Origin: a virus
DNA length: 64,000 nucleotides
Virus record (IMG/VR): IMGVR_UViG_3300025646_000029
Coordinates: 1 to 64,000 of that record
Direction: 5' to 3' (one strand)
Below the pieces are notes generated by a model that was not told where the DNA came from, did not search any database, and saw nothing but the letters and a program-made list of their open reading frames with translations. The first letter of the stretch is position 1, and every line of letters begins with the position of its first letter. Both the position numbers and the translations under genes were made by a program. Of this stretch, positions 16,097 through 26,181 are shown piece by piece.

Positions 16097-17219
16097 AATG
16101 TTACCAAAATTTGAAAAACTTTACAAAATGGACTCCAAACGCAAGATACGCGAATGGCTCATACAACTTGGTTCTGACGCCGGTGGCCAATATTATGAGC
16201 AAACACACGGCGTAACAGGCGGGGCAATGCAGACCACTAGAACATATGTTCTGACAGGCAAAAACAAGGGGAGGTCAAACGAAACAACACCCGGCGAACA
16301 AAGAGACCTTGAAGCCGAAAGTCTTTGGGTTAAAAAACAACAGAGAGGTGGTTATCAAACAGAAATACCAGAGTCCACCCCAAACATGCCAATGCTGGCG
16401 AAAAAGTACGACGAAAACAAACACAATATACAGTATCCAGCCTTTGCCCAACCCAAGCTAGATGGAATTAGATGTGTAGTCGAAGTTGATGAGAACGGTG
16501 ATGCAAGGTTTTTTTCGAGAACGAACAAAGAGTTCAGGACGCTTGAGCATATTGAAAAATATATCAAATCTAACACAAAAATTCGCTCCATAACACTCGA
16601 TGGTGAACTTTATAATCATGACCTAAAAGATGACTTTCAATCGATCGTGTCTGCTGTAAAACGAGACGAAGCGTGTGATTTTACGAAAAACATACAGCTT
16701 CATGTTTACGATATTTTCTCCGACGAAGATTACCAAAGCAGATTGCAAAAAATACAAAACACCTTGTCAAAATCGGGAGATGACAGTTGTATCAAGCCTG
16801 TCGAGACAATTGAGGTCGAAGACGAAGAAGGGTTCCTGGCTCTGTACCAGTCTTTTATTGAAAATGGCTACGAAGGAGCAATGATAAGAAACAAGACTGG
16901 TGGATACGAAAAAAACAAAAGAAGCAGCAATCTTCAGAAATTCAAGTCGTTTGAAGATGACGAATTCAAAATAACTGGCGCATACGAAAACAAAGGAAAA
17001 ATGGTTGGCCAATGCACTTTCGAGTGCGTTACCAAAAACGGCGACAGCTTTGGAGTAAAACCAAAAGGCGACGAACAAAAGCGACAAAAGTACTGGCAGG
17101 ATTTTCAAGACGGAAAACTAACTGGTAAAATGTTGACTGTCAGGTATTTTGGTTATACAATTGGAGAAAATCCAGTTCCTAGATTTCCAGTCGGTATCTC
17201 TATTAGGGATTACGAATAA
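16074..17219 (+). CDS. ATP-dependent DNA ligase
   Basis: Motif I AQPKLDGIRCVV (KxDG), motif III TLDGELY, motif IV EGAMIRNK and motif V LQKFK. Confidence 0.85.
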   Translation: MLMKPRLKMLPKFEKLYKMDSKRKIREWLIQLGSDAGGQYYEQTHGVTGGAMQTTRTYVLTGKNKGRSNETTPGEQRDLEAESLWVKKQQRGGYQTEIPESTPNMPMLAKKYDENKHNIQYPAFAQPKLDGIRCVVEVDENGDARFFSRTNKEFRTLEHIEKYIKSNTKIRSITLDGELYNHDLKDDFQSIVSAVKRDEACDFTKNIQLHVYDIFSDEDYQSRLQKIQNTLSKSGDDSCIKPVETIEVEDEEGFLALYQSFIENGYEGAMIRNKTGGYEKNKRSSNLQKFKSFEDDEFKITGAYENKGKMVGQCTFECVTKNGDSFGVKPKGDEQKRQKYWQDFQDGKLTGKMLTVRYFGYTIGENPVPRFPVGISIRDYE

Positions 17220-17222
17220 TTC

Positions 17223-17654
17223 ATGAAAAAACCTTTTGTGAAATCAAGCAGTTGTGTAATGTACCACATAGACCCAAACAAAAAAGTAAGGGTCTATTTG
17301 AATTACCCTAAGTCTTGTTATAGTGTAAAACAAAACGGCTTGGTTGTTTGTCATGCCTCAACGGTTATTTTGAAAGATTTTCAAACAATAGTAAGCAAGC
17401 CGGGTCAAAACAAAGTGCGAGAAGAAAAAAGAAAGAACGTGCACAGTTATGTTGAAGGGCAGGTTATTTCTGAACAGGAGGCCTTCAGAAAAAATAAAGC
17501 TGATATGGAGTGGCGTTACATGCACTATAATCCGTACACAACCGACTACTGGACAGATTCTGAAACGGGTAAATTTGTTTACTCTGGACAGCTTGCTTTA
17601 CTCGACAATGATTGTCGCGTTTTGGTTTCTAATAATTTTTGTTTGCGAGATTGA
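17223..17654 (+). CDS. hypothetical protein
   Basis: 143-aa ORF. Confidence 0.4.
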   Translation: MKKPFVKSSSCVMYHIDPNKKVRVYLNYPKSCYSVKQNGLVVCHASTVILKDFQTIVSKPGQNKVREEKRKNVHSYVEGQVISEQEAFRKNKADMEWRYMHYNPYTTDYWTDSETGKFVYSGQLALLDNDCRVLVSNNFCLRD

Positions 17655-17685
17655 CAGAATTGGTTTTTAGAAAGAAGTATGCAAA

Positions 17686-18855
17686 ATGAACTTAAACGAT
17701 TTTGGTGAAAAATTATTGTATGAAAGTCCGTTTTATGGCCACGTTTGTATTGGCGTTCCCAAAAGTTTTTCTACTGACATAGAAACCGCATGCGCTAGAC
17801 TTGACGGATTAAACTACTCGTTGCATTTCAATAAAGATTATTTTGACTCACTAAACGACAAACAAAAAATTGGTTTAATAGAACACGAAATATTGCACAT
17901 AGCTAATATGCATTTGCTGTATATTAGAAATTATAAAGACCGAGAAATATACAACATAGCATGCGATATGTCTATAAACCAATACATAAAACCAGAGAAC
18001 CTTTTTCCAAGGGCATTTTTACCCGACAGTATAGATGATTGCAAAATGCCGTATTGGCAAGGAGTAGATTATTACTACAACCGTCTTTGCGAATCAAAAA
18101 GTGAAGCTCTTGCACAATTCAAAGATTACATGAAAAACGGCGGGGCTGTTTCGTGCAGTCATAATTATTGGGAAGAATCTCAGGAAGGCCTTGACGAAAA
18201 TATAATCGAATTAATAAAAATTGATACGGCACAAAAATTAAAAGAAGCATCTGACGCAGCAGAATCAAAAGTCCCAGGATGCACACCTGGAGACATAAGA
18301 AGTATTATTGACTCAATATTAAAGAAGGTCCCACAAGTACTAAATTGGAAAGCTTTAGTCAACCAATTTAATTCTTTTTCTGACAAGTCTAAGGTTAATT
18401 TTTCAAGAAACAAATTAAACAAAAGATTTCCGGGTTTTGAGGCACCGTATCTTAGACTGAAAAGATCTCTACTTGTCGGAATAGACGTTTCCGGAAGTAT
18501 GACGCGTCCGTTTTTAAAACAAATTTATCAACAAATAAACCACATAAGCAATACTGGAGTTGAAGTTACAATTTGCGAATGGGACGCTGGGATAAAATCA
18601 ACTTATGACTACAAAAAAATAAAAAATAAAACCTCCATTGCTTACACTGGTGGCGGAGGAACAGACCCAACAGAGGCTATAGATTATTTCAAAAAAAGCG
18701 CTAATCTAAATGCAGCTGTGTTTTTTACAGATGGATTCATAAGTTGTAATTGGGACAAAAAATTACACAAACCAATTTTGTGGATCATTCCAGAAAACGG
18801 AAACGACAAGTTTAGTTGTCCGGGTAAAAAAGTAAAGGTGAATTTTAACATTTAA
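17686..18855 (+). CDS. putative metallopeptidase (HExxH) and von Willebrand factor A domain protein
   Basis: N-terminal HEILHIANMH zincin motif. C-terminal vWA MIDAS motif LVGIDVSGSMTR. This architecture is the usual partner of MoxR ATPases (DUF2201-like). Confidence 0.65.
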   Translation: MNLNDFGEKLLYESPFYGHVCIGVPKSFSTDIETACARLDGLNYSLHFNKDYFDSLNDKQKIGLIEHEILHIANMHLLYIRNYKDREIYNIACDMSINQYIKPENLFPRAFLPDSIDDCKMPYWQGVDYYYNRLCESKSEALAQFKDYMKNGGAVSCSHNYWEESQEGLDENIIELIKIDTAQKLKEASDAAESKVPGCTPGDIRSIIDSILKKVPQVLNWKALVNQFNSFSDKSKVNFSRNKLNKRFPGFEAPYLRLKRSLLVGIDVSGSMTRPFLKQIYQQINHISNTGVEVTICEWDAGIKSTYDYKKIKNKTSIAYTGGGGTDPTEAIDYFKKSANLNAAVFFTDGFISCNWDKKLHKPILWIIPENGNDKFSCPGKKVKVNFNI

Positions 18856-18880
18856 GTTTGTTTTTTTAAGGTTTAATAAA

Positions 18881-20044
18881 ATGTCAGAACAACAAAGCTC
18901 AAGCACGATTAAAAACATTCTATACCATATCATTTCCAACAACCAGTCGTTGGCCGAGCAAGGCAAAAAGAAAAACGCCTTGCTGATAGAAGGCCCAGCT
19001 GGACTAGGCAAAACATCAGTTGTCCAGCAAGTTGCAGAGTCAGTTGGTTTTAACTTTGTCAAAGTTAATTTATCAAACGTAGAACAAGCCGGTGACTTGT
19101 GCGGTTTTCCTATCCGAGAGTTCGAGTACACAGATTCGGACCTGAGGCCGCACTGGATAAACGAAGTAGACGCGGCTTCTCCTGGAGCTCTAGACGGCCT
19201 CAAAAGAACAGGCAAAACCAGAACTGGTTACTGTAAGCCGGACTGGGTTCCAGAAGAAGATGGAAATGGCACCATATTGTTACTAGACGACTTTACCCGT
19301 GGTGCCACTCATATCATGCAAGCTACAATGGAAGTTATCGACAGGGGCGAGTACTTGTCTTGGAAACTTCCCAAAAACTGTCACGTCATCTTGACTTCAA
19401 ATCCGTCAGACGGAGATTACAACGTTTCGGCTTTGGACGACGCTCAGTCGTCAAGATACATCAAAGTAGAAATGGGGTTCAATTTAGACGAATGGGCAAG
19501 ATGGGCGGAGGGTTACGGTTTGGATTCTAGATGTATAAACTTTATTCTTCTTAATCCAGAAATGGTAACCCAAAAAACCAACCCCCGACTCATAACTGAC
19601 TTCTTTAATTCTATCTCTTCTCTTAAAGATTTTTCTGCACCCGAGTCACTTTCTTTGATCAGGAGCATAGGCGCTGGCAGTGTAGGACGCGAGTTCTCTA
19701 CCACCTTTTGCCTGTTTATCCAAAACAGACTTGACAAAATACCGTCTCCAGGCGAAATTTATTCGAGCGCCCCTGAAACTTCTGTTCAGAAAATTTCTGA
19801 TATATGTGGCAGTTCGCGGTCAGTAGAATTCAGGCAAGACATAGCTGGTTTGATGGGAAGAAGACTTGTTAACTTCGCCGCAAACGTTTTGTGCAAAACT
19901 AGGCACTCAAGAGAAAAAGAGGCGGAGGTAATAGCGGCTTTGATAAACAATAATTGTCTTGGAAAAGACGTGAGTGGATACGTCAAAAAAGAATTAAATG
20001 GTTTTTATCAGTTCAAAACCCTTGTTTCCAAAATAGAAAATTGA
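18881..20044 (+). CDS. MoxR-family AAA+ ATPase
   Basis: Walker A LLIEGPAGLGKTSV and Walker B/sensor ILLLDDFTRGATHIMQATMEVIDRGEY. Confidence 0.75.
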   Translation: MSEQQSSSTIKNILYHIISNNQSLAEQGKKKNALLIEGPAGLGKTSVVQQVAESVGFNFVKVNLSNVEQAGDLCGFPIREFEYTDSDLRPHWINEVDAASPGALDGLKRTGKTRTGYCKPDWVPEEDGNGTILLLDDFTRGATHIMQATMEVIDRGEYLSWKLPKNCHVILTSNPSDGDYNVSALDDAQSSRYIKVEMGFNLDEWARWAEGYGLDSRCINFILLNPEMVTQKTNPRLITDFFNSISSLKDFSAPESLSLIRSIGAGSVGREFSTTFCLFIQNRLDKIPSPGEIYSSAPETSVQKISDICGSSRSVEFRQDIAGLMGRRLVNFAANVLCKTRHSREKEAEVIAALINNNCLGKDVSGYVKKELNGFYQFKTLVSKIEN

Positions 20045-20052
20045 GGTTAAAA

Positions 20053-22095
20053 ATGAAACTAGGAATAGTTATAAACAGCGAAATAGCTTTCAATGATAGG
20101 GTTTCTGTACCCAAAAAAATCAATGATTATCTATATTTACAACCTATAAACCCCAAAGTTGTTTCTGTTCTTTCAGATTTTGGCATCAATATATCACAGG
20201 ACTTAACCCGTAAGTCTGCAAGTAACCCCAAGTTTTACTATACGCATATAATTGGCAGTTCAGTAAATTTTCTAAATGCATTGCTTGTTGTTTCAAAAGA
20301 AAACAAACCAACAATACTTGCAAGCGACCCAAGCCTTTTAGAGATTATAAAATATATATGTTGCGAAATTCTTTTTATTAAACGTTATAATGATATTATT
20401 AATATTATTTTCGAAGACGACTTGGATCAATTAGAAAATATAGACAAAGATTTTACTAAACTGCTTTCAAAACTTAAATACAAAGAAACAATACTAGAGT
20501 CGAGTATAGATTCAGTTTGCTTTTATCCTAAAACCAAATTTGACAGAAATTATTTCAAAGAAACATACCCTTCTGTCAATAAAAAAATGAAACCCAAAGA
20601 CGCTGATATATCCGTGGTCGACGAAGATTTAACAGCAAGAGACTTGATGAAAGAACTTAACAATATTAAGGTCAAAGTTTTTTCTTTAAGTGGCATCGAG
20701 TCTTTTAATTTTTGTGAAATTCTTGCAAATCATTTGTCGAGCTTTGCTACAATAAACACAAACACTGCTACTTTTGATTTTCACTCAGGCGCTTCAGTTG
20801 AAATAATATTGCAATTCAAAAATTACATAGATGATTTGATAACGAGTTTTATCAATGGAGAAGAATCAGAAATCGAGTTAGAATTATTTGTCAAAATTGG
20901 ACAATTGGAAAACGGATCCACCCGAAGCCCGTTTTCGCAGTGGGGTAAACTAGAGTGCCCGTTAACAAAAACGTCAGGGAACAACCTTTCGTTTAAAGGG
21001 GCTAATGATGAGGACGTATATGTAGATAATTTGTTTAATTTTGATTGCCCTATAAAAGATACAAAAGAAGATTTTATTCACAATAAATTTGTTGAAATAT
21101 TAACGCAGGCGCCCCAATTTTCTCGTCTCCAACAAGTCGCTTTTGGGAAAAACAAATCTTTTCAAACGGCAATTTGTCCAGACAGCGTGGAAAGGATTCT
21201 TCGCCCAAAACATTGGGCAGAGAAAGCGCAATCTGAAACAAGTGAAAGTGAAAACTACAATGAATGGCACAACGGAATTTCTTTGTATATAAACAAAAAT
21301 GACAGAAAAGCTGTAGACTGGATACTAGACTCAAATAACTTGGTTTTAAACACTGACATTATAAACTCGATCGTTCCAGAAAATGCAAAAGATTTAAAAA
21401 AAGAAAACATAAAAAATATAATGTCAAAAATAATGTCGTCTGATATCAAGGCTGTTCTTTACGGAGTAAACGAACTGTTGTCATTCGACGCACGTAAATA
21501 TTGGCCTGTGCAAATGTTTATTTTAAGAACAAATAAATTTCCAATAAGAGACCTGTGGGCCAAATCTAAAAAACTAGAAGCTTTTTGGAATACTTATCAC
21601 GTCCAGATATCACGGCATAATTCGAGTAATGTTTCTATTTTAATCGGGACAACCCATTATTTTGATTCAAAAAATATTGAAAACATATCAGCCGTCATGC
21701 AAATTCTAGGAAAGGCAGCCAGTAAGAGTTTCCCCAGCAATCAGGTGCACGAAAAAATGTCAACTATACTTGACATAGTGTGTTCTGCGGATATACTTGG
21801 TGATCTCGTTAAAGATCAAGTACAAAATAGATTAAACGGTTTGTTTCAAGGTAAAATAAAAATAACCAACGGTACTTTTGATCTGTCATTGTTTAATGAC
21901 GAAGAAAATGATTTTGGTATGTTTTTTACTTTTGCATCGGGTAAAACCGAAATTTACCAATATTCGTCTTCTGAAGAAAAAGATCAGGTTATAAAAAATT
22001 ATTTATCGTCTTCAACCAGCTGTACCCAAAAAGAAGAACCGGCCCAAAGAGCAGAAATTACAAAACCTAGTTTAGTAGATTTATTTGCAGTTTAA
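20053..22095 (+). CDS. large hypothetical protein (~680 aa) downstream of the MoxR/vWA pair
   Basis: ATG at 20053 with RBS gagg. The track ORF starts at 19954 inside the MoxR gene. Asn/Lys/Ser-rich with no recognisable motif. Confidence 0.5.
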   Translation: MKLGIVINSEIAFNDRVSVPKKINDYLYLQPINPKVVSVLSDFGINISQDLTRKSASNPKFYYTHIIGSSVNFLNALLVVSKENKPTILASDPSLLEIIKYICCEILFIKRYNDIINIIFEDDLDQLENIDKDFTKLLSKLKYKETILESSIDSVCFYPKTKFDRNYFKETYPSVNKKMKPKDADISVVDEDLTARDLMKELNNIKVKVFSLSGIESFNFCEILANHLSSFATINTNTATFDFHSGASVEIILQFKNYIDDLITSFINGEESEIELELFVKIGQLENGSTRSPFSQWGKLECPLTKTSGNNLSFKGANDEDVYVDNLFNFDCPIKDTKEDFIHNKFVEILTQAPQFSRLQQVAFGKNKSFQTAICPDSVERILRPKHWAEKAQSETSESENYNEWHNGISLYINKNDRKAVDWILDSNNLVLNTDIINSIVPENAKDLKKENIKNIMSKIMSSDIKAVLYGVNELLSFDARKYWPVQMFILRTNKFPIRDLWAKSKKLEAFWNTYHVQISRHNSSNVSILIGTTHYFDSKNIENISAVMQILGKAASKSFPSNQVHEKMSTILDIVCSADILGDLVKDQVQNRLNGLFQGKIKITNGTFDLSLFNDEENDFGMFFTFASGKTEIYQYSSSEEKDQVIKNYLSSSTSCTQKEEPAQRAEITKPSLVDLFAV

Positions 22096-22160
22096 AATAA
22101 AGGAAATAAAACAAGAGAAGTTTAGTTTGGTCGCTTAACTTTATCTATGATAGGATTAAT

Positions 22161-22829
22161 ATGAAAAAAACCAGACCAAACGGCTTTGTACCAGTTTCAA
22201 GCAAAACTGAAAACCAAAAAAAATACATAATGTCGATACAAAAAAATGACGTTGTGATATGCTCAGGACCAAGTGGAACTGGAAAAAGCTTGATAGCCCT
22301 TGGAATTGCTTTTCAAAAATACTATAAAAATGAAATAGGAACAATATTCGTAACTAGGCCGATGGTTGCAACTTCAGAAAGAGAGTTTCCTTATATAAAA
22401 GGAACTTTGTTTGAAAAATTAGAACCCTACTACGCCCCAATAATCGAAGTTATAGGGCAGTTACACGGTGGTGGCACTAACGGTAAAAAGATAGCAAAAG
22501 AACTAATAGAAACCGGAATCGTTGTTCTGCAGCCAATAGAGCTTATGAGAGGGTTCACTTACAAAAACTGCTGTGTTTTAGTAACAGAGTCACAAAACAT
22601 GAGTGTGCAACAAGCAGTTATGGCTATCACTAGAATAGGCGAAGGCTGCAAGATGATATTCGAAGGGGACACTGACCAAAAAGACGTGCGATTTGAAAGC
22701 GGCCTTTCCTTTTTAATAAGAAAGCTAGGCGGAAACGATGACGTTTGCTCTGTTGTGCAGCTTGGCAATGAAGATATTCAAAGGCACCCTTTGATAGGAA
22801 GAATTTTAGAACTAATAAAAAAGGAATGA
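22161..22829 (+). CDS. phoH: PhoH-like ATPase
   Basis: Walker A VICSGPSGTGKSLIA and the PhoH block VLVTESQNMSVQQAVMAITRIGEGCKMIFEGDTDQKD. Confidence 0.8.
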   Translation: MKKTRPNGFVPVSSKTENQKKYIMSIQKNDVVICSGPSGTGKSLIALGIAFQKYYKNEIGTIFVTRPMVATSEREFPYIKGTLFEKLEPYYAPIIEVIGQLHGGGTNGKKIAKELIETGIVVLQPIELMRGFTYKNCCVLVTESQNMSVQQAVMAITRIGEGCKMIFEGDTDQKDVRFESGLSFLIRKLGGNDDVCSVVQLGNEDIQRHPLIGRILELIKKE

Positions 22830-23233
22830 CGATGATAGTTGCAGTTTCTATAGACAGAGATTTCGATGATTATGCAAAATTTTCTGATACCCTTCAGAAT
22901 ATAGAATCATCAAATACAGCAGTAGAATTTTGTTCGATTGGAAAACCAGAACTATTGCTGCGGTACAAAGAGGAGTTTGGTTCTAATGTTAATGTTTTTG
23001 AGATATTTTGGAAAGTAAACTCGGAAACATTAAAGAAAGACATCAAACAAGGAAAGTTTGGGCCGTATGACTCAGGCGCGCCATTGGCGGCTGCAAGAAG
23101 AGTCGCTGGATATTGTACTCATTTTATAAATTTTGGAAATGGAGATTACAATATTTCAAGAGAATGCCTAAACCTTGAAAGACCAGAGATCACGTTTAGC
23201 TCTCAAGAAACGAGTAAGAGATACAAGTTCTAG
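22826..23233 (+). CDS. hypothetical protein
   Basis: 135-aa ORF, coupled. Confidence 0.4.
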   Translation: MTMIVAVSIDRDFDDYAKFSDTLQNIESSNTAVEFCSIGKPELLLRYKEEFGSNVNVFEIFWKVNSETLKKDIKQGKFGPYDSGAPLAAARRVAGYCTHFINFGNGDYNISRECLNLERPEITFSSQETSKRYKF

Positions 23234-23241
23234 GAAAAAAA

Positions 23242-23562
23242 ATGCTAGTAACAAAAGAATACCTGTGCGAAAATTGTGGTGAAATTGAAATACTTCAAAG
23301 CCACAAACAAATCTCTAAAAAATGCCCAACGTGCAAGGCAAAAATAGAAAGGATCATCGGTGCTCCGATAGTATCGAAATTGAATGAACCTAGAACCATT
23401 GGGGCTCAACTTGATTTAAACAACAAGCGAAACCCTCTTTCTAGGGAAAAGGCGATGGGTGTAGGAAAGCAAAAAAAGCTGGAAAAAGAATCTCGCATGA
23501 GAAAAATATCAAAACTAAGCCCGTCTGGAATGAAAAGGTTCTTGAACGACGGCGTACTTTGA
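23242..23562 (+). CDS. FmdB-like Zn-ribbon protein
   Basis: YLCENCGEIEIL...KCPTCKA. Confidence 0.35.
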   Translation: MLVTKEYLCENCGEIEILQSHKQISKKCPTCKAKIERIIGAPIVSKLNEPRTIGAQLDLNNKRNPLSREKAMGVGKQKKLEKESRMRKISKLSPSGMKRFLNDGVL

Positions 23563-23592
23563 TCTAATCTATGTGATAGAATTGAGGTCAAA

Positions 23593-23814
23593 ATGAGTAT
23601 TGATTTTAAAGACGCCAAAAAGATTTTTGTTTTGAGACACAAAGACACAGAAAAATATCTAAATTACAAAAACGCACTTGTAAAAAATTTTTGTAATGCG
23701 CTAATATTTACAACTGAATGGAAGGCTAGGCAAAGAAGGTCTTCCCTAAAAAAAATAGACTCTTCTTGTCTTGAAATAGTAGAATATTTTTTGTCGCAAA
23801 ATTGCATAAAATAG
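23593..23814 (+). CDS. hypothetical protein
   Basis: 73-aa ORF. Confidence 0.25.
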   Translation: MSIDFKDAKKIFVLRHKDTEKYLNYKNALVKNFCNALIFTTEWKARQRRSSLKKIDSSCLEIVEYFLSQNCIK

Positions 23815-23830
23815 AAAGGTATGAATAAGA

Positions 23831-24058
23831 ATGTTGCTAAGTTGTAATAATTGTTCAGAAGAAATGGTAGACGCAGAAGATAACGCAAGCGAAGAATCGA
23901 CAGATGTTGTAAAAATAAACATCACATGTGTTTGCGGTTATGTAAACCAGCATTCAAGTTTAGGTTACCCTAGACTAGCTGGAGTCGACAAGTACTACTT
24001 TGAATTTACAGATGAATTTTCCATAGAGTGCAGAGAAAGAAAATCGTTTAATGTTTAA
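23831..24058 (+). CDS. hypothetical acidic Cys-containing protein
   Basis: 75-aa ORF with CNNC...CVCGY. Confidence 0.3.
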   Translation: MLLSCNNCSEEMVDAEDNASEESTDVVKINITCVCGYVNQHSSLGYPRLAGVDKYYFEFTDEFSIECRERKSFNV

Positions 24059-24389
24059 ACAAATTTATATTTCTAATATATCAGAATTACCAGTTGCTTT
24101 AGCAGAAGTAAAATATACAAAAGATGGAAAGTCTGCAAGTGGTAAAATAGAGAACTACCTTGTTGCCGCCAAGAAAACAACAGGAGAACACCCTACTTAC
24201 TTTATAAGGCTTTTTGCTAATTTACCAGCCCGAAAAGAAGGCAATGCATTCAATAGCCATGTTATGAATCCCACTTTTGTGGCAGTAAACGAAAAAACAT
24301 TTTCGCAATACATCGAGTATCTTTATAGCGGAAAAGAAGGTGCGTGGCTCAATGTAAGAAATGACATGAGGGATCAAAATATCATATGA
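24051..24389 (+). CDS. hypothetical protein
   Basis: 112-aa ORF. Confidence 0.4.
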   Translation: MFKQIYISNISELPVALAEVKYTKDGKSASGKIENYLVAAKKTTGEHPTYFIRLFANLPARKEGNAFNSHVMNPTFVAVNEKTFSQYIEYLYSGKEGAWLNVRNDMRDQNII

Positions 24390-24712
24390 GTAAAACAACA
24401 AAAATAACAAAAAAGAAAAGAACAACAGCCAACCCCGCCGATATAATGTATATCAAGTCAAAGCAAAAGTCGCAAACTGCAGAGGAAATTTCTGAGGCGA
24501 TAGGGCTTTCTTTGACGACAGTAAAAAAACACTATTCTGGTATAACACAAAAAGAAACCGTCGAAAAAAACATTGGTCGCTCCAAAATAAAACTACCAAA
24601 CGGGGGACGAGTTTTTCAAATGACGGACGACTTAGACGCCCCAGTAAAAAGAAGCCCCCTAAAAGATCAAGCCGATCTAGACGCGCAAAACGGTATATAC
24701 AGGTTGAAGTAA
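24386..24712 (+). CDS. putative HTH DNA-binding protein
   Basis: Basic N-terminus, then TAEEISEAIGLSLTTVKKH, a helix-turn-helix-like segment. Confidence 0.35.
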   Translation: MSKTTKITKKKRTTANPADIMYIKSKQKSQTAEEISEAIGLSLTTVKKHYSGITQKETVEKNIGRSKIKLPNGGRVFQMTDDLDAPVKRSPLKDQADLDAQNGIYRLK

Positions 24713-25077
24713 TGATAAACGGGTCAAAATCAAACCGGGACGCAATAATTCACCTCGCTATGCAAAGGAGGTTTGAAAAAAACGGAGTAAAACTCCCGCC
24801 TAAATACTGGAATCTTCCAGAGTACAAACAAGAATACGCCCATCAAATCAGGGGGTATTACAAACTAACAAAAGCGTACTCTGAAACGGTTATATTAAAA
24901 GTGTTTCAACGCGAGCGCTGGTGTTTTAGCTTGCACAACGAATCTCTTGTTGGAAAAATTTCTCAAGAAAATAACATAGAAAAAACAAAACAACAGCAAA
25001 CTCAGCCGTTGGCAAAACCAAAAATTCAAAACACTTCTGATCTTGCCAATGAAGACATTCCTTTGTTCAGAAAATAA
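24712..25077 (+). CDS. hypothetical protein
   Basis: 121-aa ORF. Confidence 0.4.
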   Translation: MINGSKSNRDAIIHLAMQRRFEKNGVKLPPKYWNLPEYKQEYAHQIRGYYKLTKAYSETVILKVFQRERWCFSLHNESLVGKISQENNIEKTKQQQTQPLAKPKIQNTSDLANEDIPLFRK

Positions 25078-25085
25078 GGTGAAAT

Positions 25086-26180
25086 ATGGCAAAAGCCAAG
25101 AAAAAAGAAAAGTCTCTTATAGGCCAAGACTTTTTCTGTTCCGCGCAAGACATTCTCGAAGAAGAAAAAAGATGCGCTAGCACTATCCCGGTAAGCCCGG
25201 CCCTTGACGAAAAGCTTCACGGCGGACTTAGGTCTGGCACCGTAGTCTTGCTCAGAACACTTCCCAAAGTTGGTAAAACAACTCTTTGCATGCAAGTAGT
25301 TAAAAATGCCCTTGATCAAAATAGATGGGTTATATTCGTTGATGCAGAACGCAGGCTTGTCGGGGAGAAATACTTTGATATCAAAGGCCTTGATGTAAAA
25401 CACCCAAAACTACTTTTTGTTCGAGCGCGAGTTGGGGGCAAATTAGTTTCAGGTGACGAAATATATTCGAATATATACCATATGATGCAACTCCCGAAGT
25501 ACAGAGGGGCTTTGTACGTCGTTGATTCTTTGTCGAAAATAATACCACGATCTACCCTTGAAGACGACACTGTTAGAGCTGATAGATTTGATACTACGCC
25601 AAAATTAAATGCAGATTTTTGCAAAAAAGTAATGCCGCTTGCAAGAATCTCTGAAAGTGTAGTTATAGGGATACAGCACTTTATTACAGACAGAAATGCA
25701 ATGGGCGATCCTTTAAAACCAGACGGCGGTATTAAACTTGAGTTCGAATGCGATGTTGTTATTGAATCAAGAAAAAAACCAAAGATGTGGGATGGCAACG
25801 CCATAAACCTTGCAGAAGGCGAAGAACTTGAAGGTCAAAAAGTATTCTTTAATATTCCTGTCAATAAAATGGGGGCGCCATACATAAGCAAAATGTGTCC
25901 AGTCGAGTGCTACATAAAGTTCGGCGAGGGTATTTGGTGGGCTAGAGAAGCGCTAGACGTATTGACTGGAATGGGAGTTATATCCAAATCTGGTTCGTAT
26001 TATACATTTTTAACAGAAACAGGCGAGCAGAAGGTACAAGGTTCGGTAAAAGCTGTTGATTTTATAGAATCAAACAAAGAGTTTTATGAAAACTTACTAA
26101 AAAATGAAATGACCGAAAGATACGGCGCTGTCTACTCGTTTGAACAAGTCGACGACGAAGAAGAAGAGGAGGAGGAATGA
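25086..26180 (+). CDS. RecA-family recombinase-like ATPase (RecA/UvsX/Sak4-like)
   Basis: GGLRSGTVVLLRTLPKVGKTTLCMQVV resembles RecA [24 protein letters not shown], but the Walker A is deviant and lacks the first Gly. VIFVDAE Walker B-like block. Poly-Glu C-terminal tail, as in RecA and UvsX. Confidence 0.5.
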   Translation: MAKAKKKEKSLIGQDFFCSAQDILEEEKRCASTIPVSPALDEKLHGGLRSGTVVLLRTLPKVGKTTLCMQVVKNALDQNRWVIFVDAERRLVGEKYFDIKGLDVKHPKLLFVRARVGGKLVSGDEIYSNIYHMMQLPKYRGALYVVDSLSKIIPRSTLEDDTVRADRFDTTPKLNADFCKKVMPLARISESVVIGIQHFITDRNAMGDPLKPDGGIKLEFECDVVIESRKKPKMWDGNAINLAEGEELEGQKVFFNIPVNKMGAPYISKMCPVECYIKFGEGIWWAREALDVLTGMGVISKSGSYYTFLTETGEQKVQGSVKAVDFIESNKEFYENLLKNEMTERYGAVYSFEQVDDEEEEEEE

Positions 26181-26181
26181 G

